A stretch of DNA of 64,000 bases, from IMG/VR virus record IMGVR_UViG_3300022200_000019, positions 62,001-126,000 of that record; one strand, 5' to 3'. Shown piece after piece: positions 40,484-49,875 of the stretch. The notes beneath the pieces are model-generated. The model made no database searches, was not told where the DNA came from, and saw nothing but the letters and a program-made list of their open reading frames with translations. The position numbers were made by a program, and so were the translations under genes. Every line of letters begins with the position of its first letter. Position 1 is the stretch's first letter.

Positions 40484-41172
40484 TGCGCAAAATATTATAT
40501 GTCCTATTAGGACTTTGGAGTTCAACAGTATTTGCCAGTGACGTGTATATTGATCAAGCAGGTTCAAGTACAACTATTGATATTACACAAACTGGTTCAA
40601 GCAACGAAGTTAGCGGCGACGCTGGCACTACAACTGCGGCAAGTGTAGATGGTACAGGTATTGACTTGGACATTACACAAATTGGTTCAAGCAACATAGC
40701 AGAAATTAACTTAGATACTGCTACAAGTGCTGACGTAGAATATACTGCTACAGGTAGTGATAACTTGTTTGACATTTATGTTAATGGTGGTTCCTCAAAT
40801 ACTGCTACAGTAAACGTTACTGGTGACAGCAACGAAGTAACAATTTGTGGAACCAATGGAGCAGCAAACTCAGCAGCAGGCTTTGCTACTATTACAAGTT
40901 CGGGCATAACTACTGCTGGAACAACTTGCTCAACAGGCATTGCGAGTAATGGTAACACTAATACTGTTACTGCGTATGGCGACTATAACTTAGTTAACAT
41001 TGAGCAAGGAGCAGGTGTTGGTGGATCAACTAACACAGTTACCATTGGCACAGCACTAGCAGGCGGCGATAACAACGTTGTAAACATTGTACAGGATAAC
41101 TTGGAAGCAAATACCGTAACATTAACAGTTGACGGTAGCAGCAACCGTGTCAATATTTTACAAGATAACTAA
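40483..41172 (+). CDS. Curlin-repeat protein (CsgA/CsgB-like)
   Basis: Signal peptide, then repeats of the IxQxGxxN type (YIDQAGSS, ITQTGSSN, ITQIGSSN, IVQDN). Confidence 0.75.
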   Translation: MRKILYVLLGLWSSTVFASDVYIDQAGSSTTIDITQTGSSNEVSGDAGTTTAASVDGTGIDLDITQIGSSNIAEINLDTATSADVEYTATGSDNLFDIYVNGGSSNTATVNVTGDSNEVTICGTNGAANSAAGFATITSSGITTAGTTCSTGIASNGNTNTVTAYGDYNLVNIEQGAGVGGSTNTVTIGTALAGGDNNVVNIVQDNLEANTVTLTVDGSSNRVNILQDN

Positions 41173-42262
41173 TTTCCTACTGATAGGGTTGTTCTCAGTA
41201 TCAGCCCTGGCAGCAATAGGAACTATCACAGAGCAACAGGGTCCTGATGCTCAACTTAAACGCGACAGTGAAACTATAGTTGCTCGCAAAGGCACTGGTC
41301 TTGAAATGGATGACGAAGTAAGAACGGCAGCAACTAAACTTAATTTAACATTTGAAGATGATACAAAGGTAGCAATGACTGAACAAAGTGTATTGCTTAT
41401 TGATGACTTTGTTTACGATCCCAATGCTAAAACTGGCAAACTAGCGATGCAAGTAGCAATGGGCACAGTTCGTTATGCGTCAGGCGGCATTGCTAAGAAC
41501 AACAGAGAAAACGTTCGTATGCGCACACCAACAGCAACCATATCAGTACGCGGTACTGACTTTGCTATGGTTGTAGACGAAGTTGGCCGTAGTCTAGTAA
41601 CATTACTCCCCAGTTGTCCAGACTTTGGTTTAGTAGAAAACAAAGATGATGAAGAAAAATGTCCAGTTGGTGAGATTATGGTAAGCACAGATGCTGGGTA
41701 TGTATTAATGAATCAAGCATACCAAACTACAATTGTAGCAAGTGCGTTACAAGAGCCAACGAAACCCAAAATTTTAGACGATAAGCCAACATTAAACAAC
41801 TTGCTTATTATTTCGCCACCGCCTCAATTCCCACGTGGGTTTGACTCAGCAGAAGAAGAAGCACAACAAGTTACATTCTTAGATGCTGACTTGTTAGAGT
41901 TTGATGACTTAGCACAGGATTTATTAGCAGACGATAGTTTAGAGCAAAATGACTTGGATCAAGATAAACTAGAAGGCGAGTTTTTAGATGACATGTTAAT
42001 GATGTTATTAGATCCGGGATTGGATGACGCACTCAAAGAACGTGATGGTGTATTGCCGACCTTAGCAGATTATCCTTGGGTAAAAGGTTATTACAACGAA
42101 CAAGAAATTACAGTTTATTCTGAACGCCCACCACACATTGCGGAAATTAAAACAACTCGCGATACAGACGCAGATGTAGTTATTACGCAGGACGGTGTAA
42201 AAGCAACTATTATTGAGAACGGAGGCGGCAATGTTATTATCAACATTACGCAAACTCAGTAG
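41129..42262 (+). CDS. Exported FecR-domain protein with acidic linker and curlin-like C-terminal strand
   Basis: Signal peptide; DEVRT..FEDDT..GTVRYASG..RTPTATISVRGTDF; ends GGGNVIINITQTQ. Confidence 0.75.
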   Translation: MTVAATVSIFYKITNFLLIGLFSVSALAAIGTITEQQGPDAQLKRDSETIVARKGTGLEMDDEVRTAATKLNLTFEDDTKVAMTEQSVLLIDDFVYDPNAKTGKLAMQVAMGTVRYASGGIAKNNRENVRMRTPTATISVRGTDFAMVVDEVGRSLVTLLPSCPDFGLVENKDDEEKCPVGEIMVSTDAGYVLMNQAYQTTIVASALQEPTKPKILDDKPTLNNLLIISPPPQFPRGFDSAEEEAQQVTFLDADLLEFDDLAQDLLADDSLEQNDLDQDKLEGEFLDDMLMMLLDPGLDDALKERDGVLPTLADYPWVKGYYNEQEITVYSERPPHIAEIKTTRDTDADVVITQDGVKATIIENGGGNVIINITQTQ

Positions 42263-43571
42263 TCTATTATTCTTATTTGCTACAACTGTGTGGGCAGATA
42301 GTGTTCTCATCATTCACCAAAACTACTCCAGTGTTCATTCCAATGTCGGCGGACGTCTAACTAACGAAGGGCATACGGTAACTTACTCTACATCAGAAGT
42401 AAATGCTAGTACTATTGCCAACTACAATCAAGTTTGGGACGTAAGGTATAGTTCGCTGTCAAGCACACAGGCATCAGTGTATGACACGTTTGTTCAGAAT
42501 GGAGGATTCTTATACTTAGTAACAGAGAATCCAAGTTGTTGCGGTACACGAAATAGTGCTGTTGCTTCAATGATATCTAATATGGGCGGCGGCAGTGGAT
42601 TAACGATTGGTGGAAGTGCTGGTTCAACTTCAAACAATATCACACAGGTTAATACAACTTATATGACTGCTTTGTCATCAGGAACTTATATTACATTTGC
42701 CGCAGGTAGTAACATCACAAACTATGGCAACGGACAATGGTTGTTCAAAGATAGCATTGGTAGAGTTGGCGGCGTTATGTGGGTAGGCAATGCTGGAAAC
42801 TTGTCACAAGGGTACTCGGGCACGGTAGTCACGGTTGCTGACATCAACTGGTTAGATGCTACTCGTTTTACAGGAACAAACATCACAGCCTTAGACGATA
42901 TTATCGCAGGTATTGTTGCTGGTACCGTATCAGGTACTATCAGTGGAAGTGGAAACACTGGCGGCGGAGCAGCCGCAACACCTGTGTACAGTTCAGGCAT
43001 AACAGCCGCACAAACCCTAAGAAGAAATGCATTCACAGGAACAGGTGCGGAGATAAATGCTGATATCAACGGTAGTAACAATGATGTTTATATACATCAA
43101 GCAGGAACGCATTATATAGAACTTGGGATAGTAGGAAGTTCAAATACAGTTAACTTAGAGCAAGCATCAACTCAAGTAGGAATCATACATTACGCAGAGA
43201 CAGATATCATCGGCGATAGCAATACATTAGATTTGATACAATCCGGTGATGGCAATAAAACAGCATTTATTACAGTAACAGGTGATAACAATATAGCAGA
43301 TATCGCACAGCGCGATAGCGGACAGCATTATCTACAACTTGATTTAATAGGTGGTGGTCATGATGCCACTGTAGTACAAGAAGGTACAGGCAATCACGCA
43401 GCCACAGTAGAGTTAACAAACTCGGGTGGAGCCTGGACATTTGGGTTGACACAATCAGGCAGTACGGATAAAGAATATAGTTTACCGCACTCAATGAGTG
43501 ACGGTAGCACAACAAGCGGAACGTGTTATGTAGCAGCAGGATGCTCGTTAACAGTCATACAAAGTGATTAA
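42231..43571 (+). CDS. Curlin-repeat protein with N-terminal globular passenger domain
   Basis: GGAGG RBS, signal peptide, about 200-aa alpha/beta domain, Gly linker, C-terminal GxxN.V.I.Q repeats. Confidence 0.7.
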   Translation: MLLSTLRKLSSLLFLFATTVWADSVLIIHQNYSSVHSNVGGRLTNEGHTVTYSTSEVNASTIANYNQVWDVRYSSLSSTQASVYDTFVQNGGFLYLVTENPSCCGTRNSAVASMISNMGGGSGLTIGGSAGSTSNNITQVNTTYMTALSSGTYITFAAGSNITNYGNGQWLFKDSIGRVGGVMWVGNAGNLSQGYSGTVVTVADINWLDATRFTGTNITALDDIIAGIVAGTVSGTISGSGNTGGGAAATPVYSSGITAAQTLRRNAFTGTGAEINADINGSNNDVYIHQAGTHYIELGIVGSSNTVNLEQASTQVGIIHYAETDIIGDSNTLDLIQSGDGNKTAFITVTGDNNIADIAQRDSGQHYLQLDLIGGGHDATVVQEGTGNHAATVELTNSGGAWTFGLTQSGSTDKEYSLPHSMSDGSTTSGTCYVAAGCSLTVIQSD

Positions 43572-43614
43572 CTCTGTATATTTCTAACTGTTTGATTAAT
43601 AATAAATATCTTTA

Positions 43615-44025
43615 ATGAAAAAATTGGTGTGTGCGGCACTTGCTGTATACTGCTTAAATGTTACAGCACACAGTCGCGATGATTATGAATACATAAACTG
43701 GAATTCATTTCGTGTTTATGAAGAAATAGAAAAACGCCCAAAACTTGATGTTTTTGCTGGGCATAGTGTTGGTTTTGGTTACACACAAAAGTATAATCAA
43801 ATTGATACACTTGTTGTAGGCGAAGTAGGTGGCGCTCATAGCCGCTGGCTAGGCCCTAGAACTCAATTATACACAGAAGCAAATGTAGCAACAGACTTGT
43901 TTACAGAAGCAAAAGTAAACATCAATCATTTTAACAACAAATATTCAGTTACAAGATTTGTTCTACGCAAAGACAACACTGACCAAGGTGGCTTTGTTGG
44001 ATTTGGTTATATGCGTCGTTTTTGA
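43615..44025 (+). CDS. Small exported protein, possible outer-membrane beta-barrel
   Basis: Signal peptide, alternating beta pattern, C-terminal GFVGFGYMRRF. Confidence 0.45.
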   Translation: MKKLVCAALAVYCLNVTAHSRDDYEYINWNSFRVYEEIEKRPKLDVFAGHSVGFGYTQKYNQIDTLVVGEVGGAHSRWLGPRTQLYTEANVATDLFTEAKVNINHFNNKYSVTRFVLRKDNTDQGGFVGFGYMRRF

Positions 44026-44039
44026 CACTAAATATCCGT

Positions 44040-46082
44040 ATGAAGAAACTACTGAGTCCATGGTGGGCATTGATTACCTTATTTGTTCTCACGGCTGTAT
44101 TTTTACAACGTCCTAACTTTACTGAAAGTATCAAATTAAATTACTTTGACACACTTATTACTAGTAGAGAAGCAGTAGACAATAACATTTATATTGTTAA
44201 TATTGACGAAGCCGCACTAGAGAAATATGGTCAGTATCCTTTTCCACGTAACATTTACGGCGACATTATCAAAGACATTTACAATCGTGGCGCTGGATTA
44301 GTTATTTGGAATATTATGATGCCGGAAGCAGATCGCTTTGGCGGAGATGAACAGTTAGCAGGAGTTATGACTGAATTTCCTGTTATATTAGCAAGCCGCC
44401 CCTCTGTCAAAAATAAAAATGTTCCAATGCAACCGGCATCAAATACAATCAATGCACAGTATGTGGATCAGTTATTTCCTTATCCAGGTATTATTTCAAA
44501 TATTCCAGAACTTGAACAAGTAGCAGTAGGCTCTGGTATTGTTTCAACTGAACCTGAAATCGATGGCGTTAACAGAAGATTACCAGCACTTGCTGTGGTT
44601 GGTGATTTGGTGTATCCAGGTATTGCTCTTGAAACACTTCGTGTTATTGCAGGACAACCTAGTTTTGATGTTAAACTAGCACCTAATGGTATTGATAAAT
44701 TTAGAATACGTGGTCACGGACCTATTGCTACAGATGAAATGGGACGTATTTGGATTGATTGGGCACAGCGTAGCAAACAGGTTAGCGTAATCAATATGCC
44801 TGCAGACTTTGGCGGCGCAGTAGTTATCGTAGATGTGACTGCGGCAGGCATTGCTAACCCTGTTCCTACAGCGTTAGGAGCAAAATTTCCCGGTGAAGTT
44901 CACTCAGCAATGCTAGGAACAATGTTTAATAAAACAAATATTCAACGTCCATACTGGGCAGATACATTTGAAATTCCTGCGGCATTTTTAGCAGGACTAT
45001 TATTAATTTTAGTATCACGTTGGACCTGGCTAGGACTAGGATTAACTGTTGTGCTTGGCGGTGCTGTTGTCCCTGCGTCAATGTATATGTTTGACACAGA
45101 ACTATTTTTGTTAGACGCAACAGGTCCTCTTGCAATTATTGTCCTTGTGGCATTACACACATACGGTATTAAATTTGTACGTGAGTTCTTAGAAAAGCAA
45201 GCAATCAAGAAACAGTTTGCCGGTTACTGCTCACCGGAAGTTGTTCGTTTATTACAAGAAAACCCGGATCTTATTAAGAAGGGTGTTAAGAAAGACGTAA
45301 GTGTTATGTTCTCAGATTTGCGCGGCTTTACTCCAATTGGCGAACACTTTGGCGCAGACGTTAAAGGTTTAGGAGATTATATGAATGGCTATATGGATGC
45401 TATTACGCAGCCTATCCTAAATCACAACGGTATGGTTATTAAGTATGTAGGTGACGCAAGCATGCACATACAAGGTGCGCCTATTGAAGATGACAGACAC
45501 GCATACAACATTGTCGAAACAGGCTTACAAATGTTAGACGCTGTTGACGCTTATACACGAGAAGCAGAAGCACGTGGTTTGCCACCAGCAGCAATGGGTT
45601 TCGGCATTAACTCAGGCGAAGGCTTTATTGGTGAAATGGGCAGCACAGCAAGACACAGTTATGACATCTTAGGCGATATGGTTTCAACAGCGGCTCGATT
45701 AGAAGCACGTTGTAAAGCATATGGTGTGCTATGTATCATTGGCGCAGAAACATACAACAGAACAGCGGATGACTTCTTCTACTTATATCTGGACAATTTA
45801 CAACCAAAAGGCAAAACAGTAGCAGATTTCATTTATACAGCGTTACGCATCAAAGGAAATATCACGGACTATGGCACTGCACGTGAGTTACATAATAATA
45901 TGCATCAAGCATATAAAGAAAGAGATTTTGATAAAGCAATTGGTATGTGCATGGGCCTGAAAGGTGAATTTGACGGGCAAATGGACAAATATTATAAAAT
46001 GTGGATTGAACGTTGCGAATTAATGAAGACCATGAAATTAGATAAGAGCTGGAATGGCGAGTGGATTGCTAACGAAAAATAA
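44040..46082 (+). CDS. CHASE2-domain class III adenylate cyclase
   Basis: IVNIDEAALEKYGQYPFPR (CHASE2), three TMs, FSDLRGFT, KYVGDA, GINSG, YDILGDMVSTAARLE; ATG 44040 follows CTAAATA. Confidence 0.92.
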   Translation: MKKLLSPWWALITLFVLTAVFLQRPNFTESIKLNYFDTLITSREAVDNNIYIVNIDEAALEKYGQYPFPRNIYGDIIKDIYNRGAGLVIWNIMMPEADRFGGDEQLAGVMTEFPVILASRPSVKNKNVPMQPASNTINAQYVDQLFPYPGIISNIPELEQVAVGSGIVSTEPEIDGVNRRLPALAVVGDLVYPGIALETLRVIAGQPSFDVKLAPNGIDKFRIRGHGPIATDEMGRIWIDWAQRSKQVSVINMPADFGGAVVIVDVTAAGIANPVPTALGAKFPGEVHSAMLGTMFNKTNIQRPYWADTFEIPAAFLAGLLLILVSRWTWLGLGLTVVLGGAVVPASMYMFDTELFLLDATGPLAIIVLVALHTYGIKFVREFLEKQAIKKQFAGYCSPEVVRLLQENPDLIKKGVKKDVSVMFSDLRGFTPIGEHFGADVKGLGDYMNGYMDAITQPILNHNGMVIKYVGDASMHIQGAPIEDDRHAYNIVETGLQMLDAVDAYTREAEARGLPPAAMGFGINSGEGFIGEMGSTARHSYDILGDMVSTAARLEARCKAYGVLCIIGAETYNRTADDFFYLYLDNLQPKGKTVADFIYTALRIKGNITDYGTARELHNNMHQAYKERDFDKAIGMCMGLKGEFDGQMDKYYKMWIERCELMKTMKLDKSWNGEWIANEK

Positions 46083-46382
46083 TTAAGGGTGGAAATTACC
46101 TTGGAAACAATGGCGTATTTCGTGCCCAAATATTTCGTGTGAAGTATGCTTATTTGTGTAAACAACACATGATTTGCCATCTATCGACACAGTAGCACAG
46201 CCTAACCACCCATCATATCTGTACGGTAATCCAACCTTTTCGCAATGCTCTGTAATATCGCCAGCAGTAATCCAGGTGATAGTTATTGACTGTGAATCTG
46301 GTTTTTGAACGAATTGAACATCCTGACCAGCGTAAGCCATTGAAGATAAACAAAATATAGTAGGTATAATTACCTTTCTCAT
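46083..46382 (-). CDS. Small exported protein with HExxH motif
   Basis: Signal peptide, GHEIRHC; ATAAATA 6 nt before the ATG. Confidence 0.55.
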   Translation of the reverse strand: MRKVIIPTIFCLSSMAYAGQDVQFVQKPDSQSITITWITAGDITEHCEKVGLPYRYDGWLGCATVSIDGKSCVVYTNKHTSHEIFGHEIRHCFQGNFHP

Positions 46383-46391
46383 CTAATTTAT

Positions 46392-46775
46392 TTATTTCTT
46401 AGATGGAGGATTATTAACTGCTGCTTTTTCTGCTTGTCTGTGTAAGTTCTTTTCTTGTACTTTAGTTTGGTCGAACTGCTTACTAATTGAAGCATACTGA
46501 TCAACGATTGCTTGAGCATCTTCTTCTTTGATTTGGCCGTGTTTACCGTAGTATTCTAATACTATGCTTAACTTGGTGTTTAAGCGAATCATGTCATTAT
46601 CTAACATGCGGATACGGTCTACTAGAGCAATAAGTGTTTTCTTTGTATCGCCGATAACCGGATCAATTTCGTCGGTTACCCAACGCCATATAAAATACAC
46701 AAAATATCCAAGACCCATTGCGGCAATAACTGGAAAGCCGTATTCATTGATCGCTTGTACAATATCGTTAGGCAT
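46392..46775 (-). CDS. Single-TM coiled-coil membrane protein (YvrJ/BhlA-like GFP motif)
   Basis: YGFPVIAAMGLGYFVYF, then RIRMLDNDMIRL; paralog of 46993. Confidence 0.6.
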   Translation of the reverse strand: MPNDIVQAINEYGFPVIAAMGLGYFVYFIWRWVTDEIDPVIGDTKKTLIALVDRIRMLDNDMIRLNTKLSIVLEYYGKHGQIKEEDAQAIVDQYASISKQFDQTKVQEKNLHRQAEKAAVNNPPSKK

Positions 46776-46863
46776 ACAGTACTCCTACTAAAAAGCCAAC
46801 TATTAGGCCAGCAACAAATCCGGTTGCTAACAGTAATGTAAAATCACAACATTCTTTGTTCAT
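46768..46863 (-). CDS. 31-aa glycine-zipper membrane peptide (not in ORF track)
   Basis: MNKECCDFTLLLATGFVAGLIVGFLVGVLYA; ATGA-coupled upstream, overlaps the next start. Confidence 0.6.
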   Translation of the reverse strand: MNKECCDFTLLLATGFVAGLIVGFLVGVLYA

Positions 46864-47000
46864 CTTCCTAGCATAGTCCCAATAAAAATACCAAGCATAA
46901 TACCTAGTGTAAACCCAATACCGCCGTATAACCTACGCATCGGTGCTTCTAGTTTATTTTGTGCTTCTAGATAAGCAAGTGTTGCTTGATGTTTAATCAC
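46860..47000 (-). CDS. 46-aa glycine-zipper membrane peptide (not in ORF track)
   Basis: GTG start; ...RRLYGGIGFTLGIMLGIFIGTMLGR; fills the gap exactly with overlapping start and stop. Confidence 0.55.
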   Translation of the reverse strand: MIKHQATLAYLEAQNKLEAPMRRLYGGIGFTLGIMLGIFIGTMLGR

Positions 47001-47271
47001 GCCGTGCGTCTTCCTTGCCTTCGTTAGCAGCGAGTCTATCTACATTTGGTCGTACACCAATTACATGACTCATAAGTGCGTCAATTTTAACTAAATCATT
47101 GTTCATTGTTTGAACACGGTTGTCCAATGCGTGAATAATGCCTTTAACACCGTTTACGTCACCGGTTACACCGGCTAAGATAAACTTAACTGTTAATAAT
47201 ACAAAATATCCTGCCGCCAATGCGCCGGCAATTGGAAAACCAACTTCACCAACTATTGCTAAAAAATCCAT
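46993..47271 (-). CDS. Single-TM coiled-coil membrane protein (YvrJ/BhlA-like GFP motif)
   Basis: VGFPIAGALAAGYFVLL, then RVQTMNNDLVKI; GGAG RBS; TATAAATA on the minus strand at 47302-47309. Confidence 0.65.
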   Translation of the reverse strand: MDFLAIVGEVGFPIAGALAAGYFVLLTVKFILAGVTGDVNGVKGIIHALDNRVQTMNNDLVKIDALMSHVIGVRPNVDRLAANEGKEDARRD

Positions 47272-47304
47272 ATAAACTCCCGTTATATGCTATGTTAACT
47301 TTAT

Positions 47305-48615
47305 TTATATGCAGATATCAAAAAGGTGCGGATAGGTTTTAATAATTTGATCAGCAAACGCAGGCTGCGTATTTTTTAAATGAGTTAAAATGCTTAAAAT
47401 ATCTTTTTTTGTATTAGGTAAAATTTTTCCAGTTTGCCGATATAAAAAATCTATTTGTTTAAACCGATTAACGTTTAATTCTCTACTATTTTGTTCTTCT
47501 AGTGCATTAGACATGTTTTGGTGTAATTCTTCAAGAATTTGCTGTTCAAACTTATCGCTGTAGAAATGACGGTGATTATGCTCGACTATTTGTTTTGCTT
47601 TGTTGAGTAAATTATTAAATTTATCAATTGGTAGGCTGCTTATTGTATGTATTAATTCTATGATTTTTTGATGCCTAACTTTAGAGTCTGCGATGTTATC
47701 ATAGCTCTCATCCCACAATGACTCAAATGTTTTAAATCCGTAATGTCTGAGATATTTCAAGCTACCAGGCCCCGCAAATAGTATGAAAGGCTGCTTCATA
47801 ACCATGGGTTTAAAAACTTTTTCAGTTAAATGAATTTTTTCGGTATCAAATAATGTTTCTAACACAATTTGTATCTGAAAGTTTTTGCAATCGTTTGGGT
47901 CAATTATAGCACTTGCGTCACTGCCGTGCTCATTTTTGGCTAGGTTCCAGGACAAAAAAATCTGTTGATTCGTTATTTGTTGTTGCATTGTTGGTTGTAT
48001 TTCGAAATAAACTTCGTTAGATACAGGCAACAAGTCATTTAATACATTGTAACGATACGCTCGTGTTCCGGTACAATCTCTGGAATACATTCCAAAACGT
48101 TGTGCATGATTGTTATTTTCCATGTCGTAATGTTTCCAATGTCTAAACCAATCTCTGCTGATTAAACCATGATAAAAATAATAGCAAGAAATAAAACCAT
48201 GGCGCTCAAGTAATTTAATCTCGTTGCTGTTTAATTCGCTATGACCGATGATTGAAGAATTAATGGTTGACAACATCATTATAAATTGTTTAAACTTTGA
48301 TAAATTTTCTGTATAAAGGTCATAGGCTTCTTGATCAAACCATTTTATTCTATTTTTTGAAATTGAGCTTTTGTCAATTTCAAATAATTCAAAATTTAAA
48401 GGTTCTTGGTCTAGCAAGTATATTCTACCATATAACCAATTGTGATTTAAATTATCGGTTTTATGCCTATGTATTTCTTCGTCACATAATGCAACCATAT
48501 TCCATAAATTTCGATTACCATGTTGGTTAAATGCATATACAAAGTTTTTGTTATTTTTATTTGGCCAACCATACTTGTGTGTTAAATAGTCATAAAAATT
48601 ATTAACGGAGAACAT
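47305..48615 (-). CDS. GT10-like glycosyltransferase, paralog 3
   Basis: IVLET...LTEKVFKPMVMKQPFILFAG..SL..L..YGFKTF..WDESYD. Confidence 0.5.
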   Translation of the reverse strand: MFSVNNFYDYLTHKYGWPNKNNKNFVYAFNQHGNRNLWNMVALCDEEIHRHKTDNLNHNWLYGRIYLLDQEPLNFELFEIDKSSISKNRIKWFDQEAYDLYTENLSKFKQFIMMLSTINSSIIGHSELNSNEIKLLERHGFISCYYFYHGLISRDWFRHWKHYDMENNNHAQRFGMYSRDCTGTRAYRYNVLNDLLPVSNEVYFEIQPTMQQQITNQQIFLSWNLAKNEHGSDASAIIDPNDCKNFQIQIVLETLFDTEKIHLTEKVFKPMVMKQPFILFAGPGSLKYLRHYGFKTFESLWDESYDNIADSKVRHQKIIELIHTISSLPIDKFNNLLNKAKQIVEHNHRHFYSDKFEQQILEELHQNMSNALEEQNSRELNVNRFKQIDFLYRQTGKILPNTKKDILSILTHLKNTQPAFADQIIKTYPHLFDICI

Positions 48616-48618
48616 ATT

Positions 48619-49875
48619 TTGAAACCTACTATTGCGTTTATTGGATTAGGAAAATTGGGATTAGACTGTGCTGAAGTTTTTGCCACTAAGTACGAAACAT
48701 GTGGTTACGATATTTACCCACGAACTAGCAACAGTGTGAAAGTTTATGAGACTGTGGAAGAAACTGTGGGGGCAGCAGATTGGATTTTTATTGCGGTACC
48801 AACGCCACATTCAATGTGTTATGATGGTTCAGTACCAAGTGCGCACCTGGAGCCAAAAGACTTCGGGTATGATGATGTTAAAAATGTATTAACACAAATC
48901 AATGAATATGCGGATGCAAGCAAGAATATTGTATTAATTTCTACAGTACTTCCAGGCACAACACGTCGTGAGTTCGATCATCTACTAAATAATCATACAT
49001 TGATTTATAATCCATATTTGATTGCTATGGGTAGCGTAAAATGGGACATGGTAAATCCAGAAATGGTTATTATTGGCAGTAAAGACGGCAATGATCCACG
49101 TGTAGCTGAACTCATTGAAATTTATAAGCCTCTTATGGAGAACAATCCCCGTTACGAAACGGGCACATGGGAGGAAGCAGAAGGTATTAAGATTTTCTAT
49201 AATACTTATATTAGTGCTAAAATTGGTATTGCTAACATGATTCAAGACTTTGCTATGAAGATTGGCAATATGAATGTTGATGTAGTAACAGAAGCACTAG
49301 CAAACGCACGTATTCGTTTACAATCACCAAAATACATGACTGCTGGCATGGGCGATGCAGGTGCTTGCCACCCACGTGATAATATTGCACTACGCTGGTT
49401 AGCACAAGAGTATGATTTAGGTTATGACATGTTCTCAACTATCATGGGCGCACGTGAAATTCAAGCAAAGAATATGGCTAACTTCTTAGTAGCACAAGCA
49501 GAAAGTGAAGGTATTAATACAGTTGCTATTCACGGTAAAGCATATAAGCCTAATGTAGAGTATACCATTGGTTCATATTCAACGCTAGTAGGTCATTATG
49601 TAGCAGAAGCAGGTTTACCTGTTGTTTATTTAGACCCACTGGCAGATAACAAAACTGATGTTGTTGATACATTAGATGAACCTGTGGTATTATTGCTAGC
49701 ACACAATCGTCAAATTACATATGGCTATGTGACAGAATTCTCAAATGATGATTTGACTGATGGCTTCTATACAAATATCCCAGCAGGTTCAGTAATTGTT
49801 GATCCGTGGAGAGACATAGATGTTAATAACGAGGATTATAAAGTAGTACATTATGGCAATACCAGAAATCAGTAA
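48619..49875 (+). CDS. UDP-glucose/GDP-mannose dehydrogenase family protein
   Basis: GLGKLG Rossmann motif, IAVPTP, STVLPGT, K..YN, GACHPRD catalytic Cys, AYKPN. Confidence 0.88.
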   Translation: MKPTIAFIGLGKLGLDCAEVFATKYETCGYDIYPRTSNSVKVYETVEETVGAADWIFIAVPTPHSMCYDGSVPSAHLEPKDFGYDDVKNVLTQINEYADASKNIVLISTVLPGTTRREFDHLLNNHTLIYNPYLIAMGSVKWDMVNPEMVIIGSKDGNDPRVAELIEIYKPLMENNPRYETGTWEEAEGIKIFYNTYISAKIGIANMIQDFAMKIGNMNVDVVTEALANARIRLQSPKYMTAGMGDAGACHPRDNIALRWLAQEYDLGYDMFSTIMGAREIQAKNMANFLVAQAESEGINTVAIHGKAYKPNVEYTIGSYSTLVGHYVAEAGLPVVYLDPLADNKTDVVDTLDEPVVLLLAHNRQITYGYVTEFSNDDLTDGFYTNIPAGSVIVDPWRDIDVNNEDYKVVHYGNTRNQ

